Origin: Octopus sinensis | Lineage: Eukaryota | Direction: 5' to 3' | NCBI RefSeq assembly: GCF_006345805.1 | Contig: NW_021833461.1 | Span: forward strand, 1-64,000 | Length of the DNA stretch: 64,000 bases | Shown: piece by piece, positions 50,196-63,798 of the stretch | Position numbering within the stretch: position 1 is the first letter of the stretch | Layout of the letters: every line of letters starts with the position of its first letter | Position numbers and translations under genes: made by a program | Notes under the pieces: model-generated | What the model saw: the letters and a program-made list of their open reading frames with translations, nothing else | Database searches by the model: none | Told to the model about the DNA's origin: nothing

Positions 50196-51149
50196 CAGTA
50201 GCACTTCTTGCAGGAAATGGAAAATGAATGAAATTGTAGAGACTAAACAATAATCCCCCACAAAAATGGAGAAATTCAGAGACTATTTTCATTAATTTTT
50301 TGTTTGTTTTTTTTTTTTGCTCTTACGTGCAAAAAACACCAGTTCTGTCTGTTTAATTTATAAGGAACATTTAACGGATACAGTGCTTGCTAATTTAAAC
50401 AGGACACCATACTGAAAATACATTTTATGTAGAGTTTGTTTTTATTTTTGCATTACTCCTAAATTTTCCGAGAGTGCAAAAGGCATTTTATGGTCAGGTT
50501 GATCTTGAGCGCTACAGGTAGCATGTAACCCAGTACAACCTGTCGCATGGTCGGGTCATCGGTGAGTAAATTGGCAACCCAATCAAGCTTGCTTGGTGAG
50601 GAGGGTGATTGTTGGACACCCTACGGAACGAAAAATAAGACCCATCAAAAGGGTGGAAGAACTACTGTGTAGTCAACGGCCAATTCAACAAGTACCTTGT
50701 CGCGGTGAAGTGCCTGTGTGCTCCATTGACCCGGAGAGCTTTGCTGGTGGGAAAGAAATCTTCAGGCAAGTCTTACCAGGCCAGACAGGTCGAAAGGTAG
50801 GAGTGTGACAAAACCGTAACGACAATATATCGAAGCATCAGCAGCAGGGCGTGGATTTAGTTATCGGCAGAACCTAACAGATCATATTCCTGGCTTTGAA
50901 CTAGCAGGATGTCATGCAGAGGATCTTGAATACAAGACAATGGATGAGATCCTAATATTCCTAGTTAGATGGAAACTACGGGACCACATTCAGAAGCGCC
51001 CTGTGACTCCTATAGTATGCGCAACCGAAACCCCTAAACAAGGGTGTCCTGTGGGACAACCTAGATAAGATGAGATGTAAAGGTATTTTCTTTTTTTAAT
51101 ATAGCTGATTCAATAATCTATCATATGAGAACTCTTATTCAACTATAAA

Positions 51150-51900
51150 TGTTATGCTTGATAAACAACTTGTGTTACTTGCGACAGACAGAATCACAGA
51201 AATTATTCAGTCAAAGATTGTGCAGATGAAACAAAATATAATTCCAGTGTCAAATGTTTCGATTCGTAAACGAATTGCAGAAATTTGCAATAGCCAATAT
51301 GTGCACCTTCTTGAAAGAAATATAAGTTTTAAATCTGCGATTCGAACACGGTTCAACAATTGCTGTTGGTTAGATGTTAGTTTGAAAGCAGTATGCACGA
51401 AGATTTACTGTTTTATCGATAATCAGATAACCGTACAACTAAAGACGTTTTCTTCAAAGTGGACCTTCTTTAGAGGAATAGAACAACTGTGTTGGTGTTT
51501 GTGCAGCAAAGACGGGGCAAAATGTAAGGGTTTCAAACTGAAGTTAAATCTGAAAGCATTGTATTATGCAACACTATTCATTCATTGCGTGATTCATCAA
51601 ACGTCTTTAGTAGTTAGGTAATTTTCTTGAGAGTAAAGTGTGGTAATATAAGATGCGATTAAAATTATGAACTTCATTAAAAGTCACACATCGACTGTCA
51701 ACTCAAGATATCCAACTTAAGTAAACTTTTATCGTATGCAGAAGTGCGTTGGCTGTCGAAGGGAAGAACCTTGACACGAACTATAAATTTAAAAAAACGC
51801 GGTAATCTAGATTTATTTTAATCAGAAGAGAGATGATATTGTAGAAGTCTTTATAAATTATGCAATATGCCAGACATTTGAAGTTAAGCTTTCATAAACG
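51150..51900 (+). pseudogene. Highly decayed hAT (Buster/Charlie) transposase fragment
   Basis: DGAKCKG...LFIHCVIHQ; EVRWLSKGRTLTR; vestiges of the QLDESTD region. Confidence 0.6.
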
Positions 51901-52882
51901 AGTATGATCTGGCAGCTGGCACCATGCTTTCTATAATTCTTATAGCTGCTAATATAGCCATGAGCAAGGATGGAACACCCTCTCTTGGCTCAGTAGAACA
52001 TTGGGGTTTGTGGCTGCTGGAAGGAGAGAGGAGAGCAGCGACAACCGGTACTCATGTCCGTTGAGTTGACAGAATCTATGTGAAACGAAGTAGCTTGAAC
52101 AACGACACAACGTGCCACCAGGTCCGAGAATCGAACCTACTATTTTACGATCGTAAGGCCAACATCCTAACCACTAGTCCACGCACCTTGCGGAACTCAT
52201 TAATTATAAGGATTCTCTGAAAGAAGAGAACACAAATATTCACGAGTTAGTAAATATCCAGATCAATGCTGCATCCCTCTGCATTCTAAGTTCACATCCC
52301 ATGTAGGCTGATGTGACCTTTTATCCTTCTGGTTACGATAAAATAACTCATCAGTGTAATAGTGAGATGCATTTAATCCAACACACACACAATCACACAC
52401 ACAAACACACACACACACACACACACACAGATTGTAGGCATAAATGTGTGTGTCCTTGTATCCAAATTAAAAAAGGCGTCGATAAAATGGAAAGTGAGTC
52501 GGTTATTGGGTGTTTCTTTAATCGCATATAGCCCTGCCCACGGACTTTGAGTATAAATTAGAAATTTTTACTATTATTCTCATCATAATCACCGTCGTTG
52601 GGTGTGTCCTGCCGCAATGGTTCTGTGAAAGTTTTCTTTGTGTAAGCGAATTTATTAATTGTAAGCTTCCCAAACAACTCGTAAAAGAAAGAAAACTACT
52701 GCGGTTTCATCGAAAAGGTGTTTAACGAGCATGAAACAAGTCACTCTACCCGACACACGTCCTTCATAAAATAGTTTTTTTTTCTTTCTGGCGTTAGATT
52801 TCGTTAAAATTTCTTGTTTATGCTGTTGTTGTTGCTAATGCTGTTTAGTTTTGGGTCACTCCTGAACAAACAGACGCATGAA

Positions 52883-54054
52883 AGCAGTTTCGCACCTCTC
52901 CTTGAAAAATGCATTTTCTTGAAAAAATTATTTCGGATTCCTACGTTTAAGATCTCGGAGATTACGAATATGCGAAAATTGTAATTTGTTTGTTTAACGT
53001 AGTTTGATTTTTCGAATTTTAACCAATCCTATGCTCTCTTTTGAGCTAAAATCATTTGTTGTCTAAAACTGAGACAACATCCTGTAACTAACCCTAAACC
53101 TCAACCCTAACCCTAAATTTTGTTTTTTCTTAATTGTTAAATTAATTTAATTGTTACGCGTGTAAAAAAAACTAAAGCAATGGAATTAAATTAATTTAAC
53201 AATTAAGAAAAAAAATTAGGGTTAGGGTTAGGGGGAGGTTTAGGGTTAGTTACAAGATGTCTCGGTTTTAGACGCAGCAAATGATTTTAGTTGAATGGAG
53301 GTAATCGATTGGTTAAAATTGCCGAAATGCTCGGATTTTCAGACGAAATATCTTACAAACTATAGAATTTTCTCAATAAAACCAAGAGAAAATGATGTTT
53401 TATAAACACATTCTACCAGTATACGAAGTTTAAAAGTGTTTAGTTAACTAGAAATTGTGTTGCCATCTGCCGTTCAAAAGGAAAAGATCCGATTTCGAAT
53501 ATGCAAGAAACCAGGTTTTCAAAATTTTAAATTCAATAAGCATATAGATAGGTGTATGAAGAGATAGTTAGATATGAATGTCTTCCTGGGGCTAAAAACA
53601 ACAGTAACGCCGTCTTCTATACGACCGCCACATTTAATTGACAAATATATTTTTTTGAATATACGGACAAGGATAAATAGATAGACAAATAAATAAATGG
53701 ATGAAAAAGTTCAAAATTTAAAATTGAGGGAAGGGGTGACATTTGAGCTCCTTATTAAACTTTATAACATTAATTATTAAACATTAATGTTTGTTTCTCA
53801 TAAAATGGTGTCTAATTCTTATTTACACAAGTAAAACGCAAATTCTCTTCAGTTTAATGTTTTTGTCTGGATTTAATTTCGATTTGCATATGCTCGTCAA
53901 TTCGCTACGATCTTTTTCAAGTTAACAAAATCAAAAATTTTTAATGGGGAGGGGGGCTAAATTACATATTCGTAATCTCCGACATCTAAAACGTAGGAAT
54001 CCGAAAAAAATTTTTCAAAAAACTGCATTTTTCAAGGAGAGGTGCGAAACTGCA
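52883..54054. mobile_element. Non-autonomous DNA transposon with ~90-bp TIRs and internal palindrome (Kolobok-like, tentative)
   Basis: gcagtttcgcacctctccttgaaaaatgca...ggagattacgaatatg at both ends, inverted; flanks tgaa / ttag resemble degenerate TTAA. Confidence 0.7.
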
Positions 54055-54124
54055 TTAGCTCCGAAAGGCGTTATCTGCCATGACCATCCCGTCTTTCATT
54101 CAGAGATATTGTATCTAGGAATTG

Positions 54125-54407
54125 TTTGTTCCTTCTCAAGCAATGCCTGGCTCATAATGGGCCGGTTTCCCGGTTTCATTGGCGTATAGGTTCCCCACCT
54201 AGATGAGACGCCGGTCCATCAAAGGTGAGCTGCTAGATGCAGGAAGAAAGACTGAGAGAAAGTTGGGGCGAACGAGTCAGCAGAAGTGTGCCATTACCTT
54301 CTGCTGGAGCAGTGTGGAGCTTAGGTATTTCTTTCATAAACACACACATCACCCAGTCTGAAATTCGAACCCGCAATCCCTCTAACCACTAGGCCATGTG
54401 CTTCCAC
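54125..54407 (-). mobile_element. tRNA-derived SINE, degenerate
   Basis: Reverse complement head gtggaagcacatggcctagtggttagag...gggttcgaatttc. Confidence 0.7.
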
Positions 54408-56289
54408 GTATATAGGAATACATTATACGATTTGTCCTGCTATTTACAAAAGAACAAGGGAGGCTTATGAAATATGTTGCTGTTGTTTCTAGAGGTTCCA
54501 GCGACCATGTAGAAACACGTTTATTGTCAAACTTTGTATTCTTTGATAAATGGTCACGAGCGTAGAGAACAACGAGAAATAAAACAGTGACGTACATAGT
54601 CATTCATAATATATTCTGGCAGATTCGAACGTGAATCACTGCTGTATACCGTCGTCGGAGAACAACTTCTCCTTTCAGATGATGTGTACTCATTACACAC
54701 TCAATTGATTCAGGTAGGCGGACTAAAAGACACTACAGGGTTTCGAGATAGTTGTGTCTTCTCAGTCAAAGCTATTCTTAGATCAATGAATATAAACAAG
54801 AATCGTGAATCTTGTTTATAGAATTCAGTAAATTAATTATTTACTGATGTCTGCTGATGTCTACAAAGCCGTGAATAGATAGTCAATACACGATAAACAG
54901 CGAAAATCGAAACAATTATGTACCTGTCCATTGGTAATACGTTCCGTAAAATTCGAACCTGAATATGCTAATCGCTGCTGTATTCTTTGTTTAATATATT
55001 TGAAATTAAGACCAACATTTTGCCTACAAAATACCTCGTGTTGGTCGTATTCATTCAAAACTAAATTAACATCGAGGCCACGTGTACCTGGGCTCTCAAC
55101 CGGCCAGAAATAACAGCAAGTTTCTAATTATCAATCACTGCTGACTTAAAAAAACAACAACGACACATTATTAAGGAATGTGATCATAAATAAGCCGAAA
55201 GTGAGGTGACTTTATAACTAAAATATTTTTGATAATAGGTTCGTTGAAAAGATGCCTCTCGTCTAAACAAGAGCAATAATAGCGCATGAACAAAGGCAAG
55301 AATTAAAGGTTCCACCCAACACAATCGTGATTTACTGAAAAATAAGAGATTAATAGAAAATGCGACAATCCTAAGAAAAGCGAATACCGAGAAATATTGT
55401 TGCGGACGTGAGAAAATGCTTTGTATCGTTTTACAAGAAAAAAGCTCGTAACAGTTATTAATTATTGTTATTTTTAATGTACAAACATGAGGGGGTTTAT
55501 TTAACGCTGATTTAGAGTGTAATTATATATATTTTAGAGTTTGGATTATACTCTGTAATTACTCAGTGTTTCGCGGATATTGCACGTTATAATAATAATT
55601 TGTTATAATTTCTGAAGAATATGTAAAATACATACAGCGTAGCTCAAAAGTAGGTTTACAGTTATTCAACTATTTCTTTCATATATTAACTGTTTACGTT
55701 ATTTACATTTGACGAATATTTGTCCTCATCTTGTTTGTTGTTACAACTTTTGGGCAATAAAGAAATATATATATATATATATACACGTGTGTGTGTGTGT
55801 GTAGATTGATAGGTAGACAGAGAGGGATGGATATAGATAGATATGCGTATAGCTCTCTATAATAATTGAATGGACACCTGTTACATCCGTCTGCGTTCTA
55901 TTTTTCAATCCCACGAATGTAGACCGTGCTTCACAGTATTGCCGATTCTATAAAATAAAGTACAAATTGAATATCGGCAGTCGATTTGATCGGAAATACT
56001 TCCTTATCTAGTCGAACCTGTGTGACCTTGTGCTGACGTCAGACATTTCATATTGTTTTTCACCATCCACACCGTTGTTAGTGTTTCTAATGACAATTCT
56101 TTATAAGTGAACTCGTTGATTATACGCCAATTGTCCAAAACAAGTTCTTTTGAGAAGTGACGCCACGCTGCGGGTTCCGCTCGAGAGGGTGTCGTTCAAT
56201 AACCACCTGTCGCAGATGCACACCTACCGCAAAATATTGATCCTTAAATATTATTAATAGTGGTTACAAATTATTAATGGTTACAAATT

Positions 56290-56680
56290 TTACCACAAAG
56301 GCAGCCATTTATGGGAGTGGATAAGTCAATTAGATCAACCCCAATGATCGACCCTGAAAAGATGAAAAGCAAAGTCGACCTCGGCGGAATTTGAACTCAG
56401 AACGTAACGACAGGCGAAATACTTCCAAGCATTTTCCCCGGCGCTTTAACGATTCTGCCAGTTCGCCACCTTGGTATAATAAATAATAATGCAGCGAAAG
56501 GCAGCGAGCAGGCAGAATCGTTAACGCGCCAGCTAAAATGTTTAGCGGCATTTCGTTCGTCTTTACGTTCTGAGTTCAAATTCCGCTGAGGTCGACTTTG
56601 CCTTTCATTCTTTTGGAGTCGGGATCGATGTAATAGACTAGCCTCCTTCACCACCAAAAGATTTCAATAATAGTAAGAAT
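56290..56680. mobile_element. Divergent pair of Meta-like SINEs (56290-56474 minus; 56499-56680 plus)
   Basis: Both heads and cores are visible, about 25 bp apart. Confidence 0.75.
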
Positions 56681-56689
56681 TATTACTTT

Positions 56690-56927
56690 ATTTATATTAT
56701 TTACATTTGATGGATATTTGTCCTCATCTTGTTTGTTAACACAACGTTTCGGCTGATATAACCTCCATCCTTCATCGGGTGTCTTGGAAAAATTTTGAAC
56801 CTGGGATCTCATTCCTAATGTATTTTTCGATGTTGTTACTATTATTATTATTATTCAGATCACTGCCTGGAATCGAACTCGGAATCTTGGGGTTAGTAGC
56901 CCGCGCTCTTAATTATTACGCCATATG
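56690..56927 (-). mobile_element. tRNA-headed SINE-like element carrying a hammerhead (56738-56783)
   Basis: Head gcatatggcgtaataattaagagcgcgggctactaaccccaagattccgagttcgattccagg; gacac-CCGATGA-agg...cc-GAAA-cg-TT-gtgtt; 3'-end fragment also at 55690-55745. Confidence 0.75.
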
Positions 56928-57286
56928 CGCATGGGCATTATTATTGTTATTCATACGCATTGGTCCAGTTTTGGCTTTGATCGAGCAGAGTTTGTAAAGA
57001 AATGTTCTGTCACTTTATTACTTTCTAATTTCAAATCCCAATAAGGTCAACTTTACCTTTCATCCCTCCAGGATTGATAAAATAAAATACCAATCAAGTA
57101 CTAAATAATGTTATTATCAACTGCCCCACTCCCCTCAAAATTGTTGACTCTGTGCCTAAATTTGAAATCAATATAGCATTACGCAATTTAGCATCCGTTA
57201 CTTATTTAATACGATAAATGTATGTGTGTACATACATACATACACGCAAACACACAGGTGTGTGTATATATATAAATATATATATA

Positions 57287-57337
<51 letters not shown>

Positions 57338-57354
57338 TTGTATGTAAATGTATA

Positions 57355-57645
57355 AAAGGTGGCATTCCGTCGGTGACAACGACGAGTGTTCCAATTGATT
57401 CCACCAACAGAACAGCCTGCTCGTGAAATTAATGAGCAAGTGGCTGGGTATTCCACAGACACGAGTACCCTTAACGCAGTTCTCATGTAGATCCAGTGTG
57501 ACACAGAATGTGATAAAGGTGGCTCCTTGAAATACAGGTGCTACATATTTTAGGCAGCTGAGTGGGCTAGACCGCAGCCGGGATCGAACTCACAGCCTTC
57601 AGATCTTGAACCGATTACTCTAATGACTAAGCCACGTGTCTTCAC
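57355..57645 (-). mobile_element. SINE (family of 1921-2172), degenerate
   Basis: Shared tail and degenerate tRNA head. Confidence 0.7.
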
Positions 57646-57909
57646 TATGTGAATAGTTGTGTGTGTGCGCTGCGTTAGAAATAACAATCATATATATATA
57701 TATACACACAACACAACCAGACACACACGCACGCATGCACACTCATACACACATACGCACACGTATACTTCTGTACATACATTCGTAACCTGAACATGGT
57801 AAAAATCGATTCCAGTACCAATGGATTTTCATTCGGATGTCTATAAAATTACAATCAATCATATTTTGGGAGTTGATTGAATTCCGTCCGGCCCCAAATG
57901 CGTATACTT

Positions 57910-58195
57910 GAGTCTTAGAATTCTTCCTCATCGTCGTCGTCCTCTTCTTCTTCGTTGTCGTCGTCGTCATCGTTATCTTCATCATCGTTGTCGTCATCTA
58001 CGCTGTTGTCATCATCGTTATCATCATCACCATCGTCATCACAATCGTGGTCTTTATCATTGTCATCACCACCATTCTCATCTCCATCATCATCCTTCTC
58101 CTCCTTATCATCATCATCATCACCATCATCATCGTCCTCAACTTCCTCCTCCTCATCATCATCATCACCATTATCATCACCATTGTTATTATCAG
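57910..58195. repeat. Degenerate (CAT/CGT/CCT)n trinucleotide array
   Basis: Direct reading. Confidence 0.9.
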
Positions 58196-58557
58196 TTGTG
58201 CCTCACCAGGATGGTTTCAAACGTGTATGTTTCCTGACATGAAATAAATCAATCAACCGCATGCCATTTGTCCAAACGGCCTTGTAGCGACAAAAGAAAC
58301 TCGCTATTGTGATTCTCCTGAGAGGCGGTCAGCGGACAGGAAGCGGCCCACTGGCCCAGACGCCCGTCTGCAGCAAAATAATACTGTTTAACACGAGTAT
58401 TGTTTAGAACTTGTCAGACTGGATTGAAGTCGTTGTTGCTGTGTATTTAGTCGGAGCCCAGCCTTGAGCACGAAGGCGTATGTGGGAAGGCGTTCTAAGA
58501 ATGACCATCCCGTTTTCTGTTCAGCGGTGAGCTGGCACAATCGTTATATATATCGTT

Positions 58558-58589
<32 letters not shown>

Positions 58590-58596
<7 letters not shown>

Positions 58597-60382
58597 CACA
58601 CACACATACCCACATACTCCTATACGCACATACATACACACAGACATACACACATACACACTCACACAAACATACACACACACATACTTACACACACACT
58701 CACCTGCACGCGCACACACATGCATGACAAACACCCATACACTCACACTCACATACGCACACACCAACATGAACACGCACACGCACACACACACCTACAC
58801 TCCCACACACATACACACGCACCTACATACACACACGCACGCATACACACGCATACACACATACATTACACACGTACACACACACCTACATACACATGCA
58901 TACACACACACACACAAACATGCACGGACACACCCAGACATACACACATACACCTATATACACACGCCCACACACCTACATACACACACATATACACACG
59001 CCCACACACCTACATACACACACATACATACACACACATACACGGACACACCCATACATACTTACATACATACACCTATACACACACGCCCACACACCTA
59101 CATACACACACATGCACACACACACACACATACGCACATGCATGCATGCATGCATGCACACGCGCACACCTACACGCATACACACACACACACGCACGTA
59201 CACATACATACATACACACACGCATACATACACCCATACACATACATGCATCCTACACACACATACATACACACTCACACATACATACACACACAACACC
59301 ACTCACCACACACTGTATGTACGCGCACACACATGCACATACACACACTTCCCCACACCCACCACGTACATACATACACACTCACACACATACACACAAC
59401 ACACGGACATACATCTATGCACACACATACATACACAAATACTCACATACATTCATCGGACACACTGCCACCGGACCGGATACACACAGACACACTCACA
59501 CATCCACACACATACATACTTACGCACATACTCGCAGGCTCGCGCACGCACGCGCTTGCGCCGGTTCGCGTACGCATACGCTCCGCAGGCACCTCGCTCT
59601 TGGAACCGACAAGACCTCCCGCCCGTTCCTGGGACCGTCGCGTGTCGTTGGGTTTTCCCACGCCCGCCTCCGCGGGACCACTCTTCCATCTTCCCCTCAG
59701 CTGGAGTCCTTTTTCCTTAACCCCCCCCTTTTTCGTTACACACACGCGCACACATATACACACATTGCTTAAATATATACATTACTCTTACACACATTCA
59801 ATCTACTCGCCATTTATACCACCACGACACTGGACACCACACACACTACTACTCAACAAACGCTGGCACGCTACATACGCCCCCACCCCTTCCCCTCCCT
59901 CCCTTCCTCCTTCCTTCTTTCTTACTACTGACTTTGTCTGCTAAGCTGACCACTATCTCGCCCTACCTCACACGCCTACACACAGACGCACACACTAACA
60001 CACACATATATATTTTTTGTTTTTTCATCTCGCCTCCACACACACATACACACACGCACACGCACACACTCACACATACACACACATCTGTTGCGTTACC
60101 AACCTTGTCTCCACTCTTTTGCCTTTAAAAACCCACTTTGCTCTGTTTTCGTAAACATCCGCCTTTCACCATGTGCAACTCGTAAACACCAGTCGTCTTT
60201 TTTCTCTTTCCCTGTTGCCCGCTCTGGGATCTTTCTTTCCTCTCTCTTCCTCTTTATGTTTCCGACGAAGAGCTCCGCTCGAAACGTCATACCTCCCTGC
60301 TTCCTTTTCCTGAGCGCCTATTAATAATAATACTGTAATTGTTCCATTGTTGTTGTCTTTTTGTTTCCCGTTTGGATTAAAA

Positions 60383-60386
<4 letters not shown>
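58590..60386 (+). mobile_element. 5'-truncated Neptune-type PLE copy: CA-rich region plus HHR terminus (60258-60292)
   Basis: Colinear with the reverse complement of about 25600-27700, including the non-repetitive island at 59580-59740. Confidence 0.75.
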
Positions 60387-60464
<78 letters not shown>

Positions 60465-60505
60465 ATATATATATATATATTATATATATATAATATATAT
60501 ATATA

Positions 60506-60546
<41 letters not shown>

Positions 60547-60565
60547 ATATAATATATTATTATAT

Positions 60566-60613
<48 letters not shown>

Positions 60614-60639
60614 ATATATATATATATATATATAGCGCC

Positions 60640-60671
<32 letters not shown>

Positions 60672-60781
60672 TATGTGTGTGTGGTAAAAAAAAGGGAGGA
60701 TGAGAATATCGGTTATTCACCACGTGGTGAGTTGTAATGCCGAAAAAATACATATATAAAACAAAAGAAGGAAAATGCACA

Positions 60782-60828
<47 letters not shown>

Positions 60829-60833
<5 letters not shown>

Positions 60834-63507
60834 ATATTTCGGAATGGTCATTGCCAGTTTAGCCAATAAAAACACACGCACTATATATTTGGTGTTATTT
60901 TGCTTCAGTGATATTTATTTTTTACATTAATCTTAATCTTATTTCGGCCAAAGTTCTTTCGTCACACTCCTGTGACCGCAATTACAGAATCTCCTACTTC
61001 CTCTCAATGATCATACGCCCTATAATCAGGATGTCACCTGATGTGTGTGACAGCACAGAAGATCTCCTAAGCAGGATCAGTGACTGTAACAAAACTTGTG
61101 ACTTGACAGGATGTATAGTAGGTAGCATGGATGTGGTATCCCTATACCCATCGATTGACGTAGATTTTGCAGTGGAGAAGTGCGTGGAGATGATCAACGA
61201 GAGCCAGGTGGAGTTCTGTAATGTCGACACAGAAGAACTGGGCCTCCTACTTAGACTGACATATAATAGTGAATACTTAGATAAACATAATCTTAGTAGT
61301 TTCTGCCCCAGTAGATGTTAAGAGGTAGACGCCTACAATTACTTCTATGGCTAGGAAGACACATATAGAAAGATGGCGCGGATGGACCAGAGCCATACGG
61401 AGCCCCGCAAATGTCCATCAGGTAAAGAAAATGATCGCACATGCACTAGGAGCTAGTATAAGAGTTACCCTAAAAGGCCACACATTTAAATTAATAATAA
61501 AATATATGCCCAGGACGAGGGGGCAGCCATCGGTGTTAGTATCGCTGGTGATGTGGCCAACCTCTTCATGGTATGGTGGGACAGAAGGCTTAAAGAATGC
61601 CTACTGCAGAAATCCATACTCGTAACATGTACTCTCGCTATGTTGATGATATCAATATAGTAGTAAAGGCACCCCCACAAGAGAGTACTGTTGATATAGT
61701 AATAGAAACTAATACTATGGAGAGCATCCAGCAAATAGCTAACTCCATCCACCAGAGTATTAAGGTCACAATAGACTACCCCACTAACACCCCAACCATA
61801 GACTACCAGTACTAGACACTGAACTCTGGCTAGAAATTGTGAAAAAAATAAAACCCAAATCCTTCATTCATACTATGCAAAACCTATGGCCTCAAAATAC
61901 CTGATCCACCGGAACTCAGCCATTGCGGACAATGCCAAATTCAATATTTTGATGGCAGACCTCGTCAGAATAATGAGAAATGTGTCACGCATGTGCGAGC
62001 CTACAGAATTAAAGAGACACATACAGTATTTCATTCACCGCATGCAGTTCTCAGGTTACAGCCATAAAGAAAGGATCAGAGTATACAAAGGAGCCATGAA
62101 GAAATTTGATAATATATTATGTAATGATAGGAATGGGATTTGCCCACTCTATAGGAACAAGTCATGGAACACTATAGAAAGGACAAAAAAGAAAATAGGG
62201 AAGGCCAACTCTTGGTATGATAGCCATAAATACCAGAGTGTCATGTTCGTTGACACCACCCCTGGAGGTGAACTAGCGTACCGCTTTAGAAGGACCCTAG
62301 ATAAACTTAAACTAAGAATTATGGTTGTTGAAAAGCCAGGCAACCCTATCAGATCTATAATTGGTAGAAGCTATCCTTTTAGTAGAACTCTCTGTACGGA
62401 TAACTATTGCACTGTATGTATAGATTTAGCCCACAAACGAACTGTAAAGCCAGAAATGTGGTCTATAGTATAAGATGTATAGAGGGACGATGCAGTAACA
62501 AGACAGTAACATACGTAGGGGAAACTGCAAGAAGCATTGGTGAGCGGGTGAATGAACATTGGAGACAACTCAAGGAAGGTAAAAGCGCATCGATTCTGTA
62601 CCAACACGCCGAACAAGAACACGGGGGATCAATCAATAACATAGAGATTAAGATATTGTCCACACATAGAACAGATGCAACAATTAGACAAATTACAGAA
62701 GCTACACATATAATAGAAAATAAACCTAGCCTGAATAGAAAACTAGAATGGAGCAATAGCGCACACCACAACATATGACAATGGTGGATCCTGCAAACAT
62801 AATAAATACACAGGTAATGAAAGAAATAAAAATGAATATCTATATATATGTATATGTGTATATATGTGTATATGTATATGTGTATATATGTGTGTATATA
62901 TGTATATATATATATGTGTATATGTATGTATATATATATGTATATTCTTTTTATTTATTATTTATTTTTTTTTTTCGATTAGATTTATTATTATTATTAC
63001 TAATATTGTTGTTATACATACATACAAGCATATGTAATGATAATAATGGGTGGATGTAAACACATGAACAAAATTAGAACAAAAGCAACAACAACAAAAA
63101 CAAAATACAAATTACAAGAATGTATATAACCAGAAGATACAAAATATTACAGGCATCCCCCCCACACACACACTAAATAAACATAGACGCACATAGAGAT
63201 ATAAGCATGCGCAAATGAAGACATACAATAGAAATACAAAATGGCTGACGGATAGTAAGGAGAGACAAGTAAGTGAGAAGAAAACAAAGGACCACTGATG
63301 CGGTCACAGGAGTGTGACGAAAGAACTTTGCCGAAATAAGATTAAGATTAATGTAAAAAATAAATATCACTGAAGCAAAAAACACCAAATATATAGTGCG
63401 TGTGTTTTTATTGGCTAAACTGGCAATATGACCATTCCGAAATATAACAATATCTGTTTCAACACACGACTTCACATAAAAAATCTTGCACAACAAATAT
63501 TTAAACG
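60829..63507 (+). mobile_element. Second copy of the PLE at 33055-37294, with short inverted pLTR (60829-60980)
   Basis: RT/GIY-YIG remnant 60981-62778 with several frameshifts; gca microhomology at the inversion junction; same 57-nt tail. Confidence 0.9.
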
Positions 63508-63550
<43 letters not shown>

Positions 63551-63555
<5 letters not shown>

Positions 63556-63798
63556 ATACAATATGTTACATTACTCGGTAGTCAAGATAAAACTCTGAGT
63601 TTCAGATGCCGAAGTGGAAATCCACAACACCATCTCTTCGCATAACCGAAGAGATGGTGTTGTGGATTTCCACTTCGGCATCTGAAACTCAGAGTTTTAT
63701 CTTGACTACCGAGTAATGTAACATATTGTATAGATAAATTTCCTCTATTTACATAATATTGAGGTCTCTTTCTTTCTTTTGTTATCTTACCGTTTTAT

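Noticed and set aside
50480-50600. HDV-like ribozyme at the putative RTE 5' end
   Set aside because: Too degenerate to draw the nested double pseudoknot.
54861-55058. Host exon candidates in unique regions (also 121-477, 12664-12936, 55990-56190)
   Set aside because: No recognisable domain and no convincing pair of splice sites.
59500-59900. C-rich divergence versus the 26-kb copy as a trace of ADAR-edited template
   Set aside because: CpG decay in the other copy or consensus error in low-complexity sequence explains it as well; the ancestral state is unknown.
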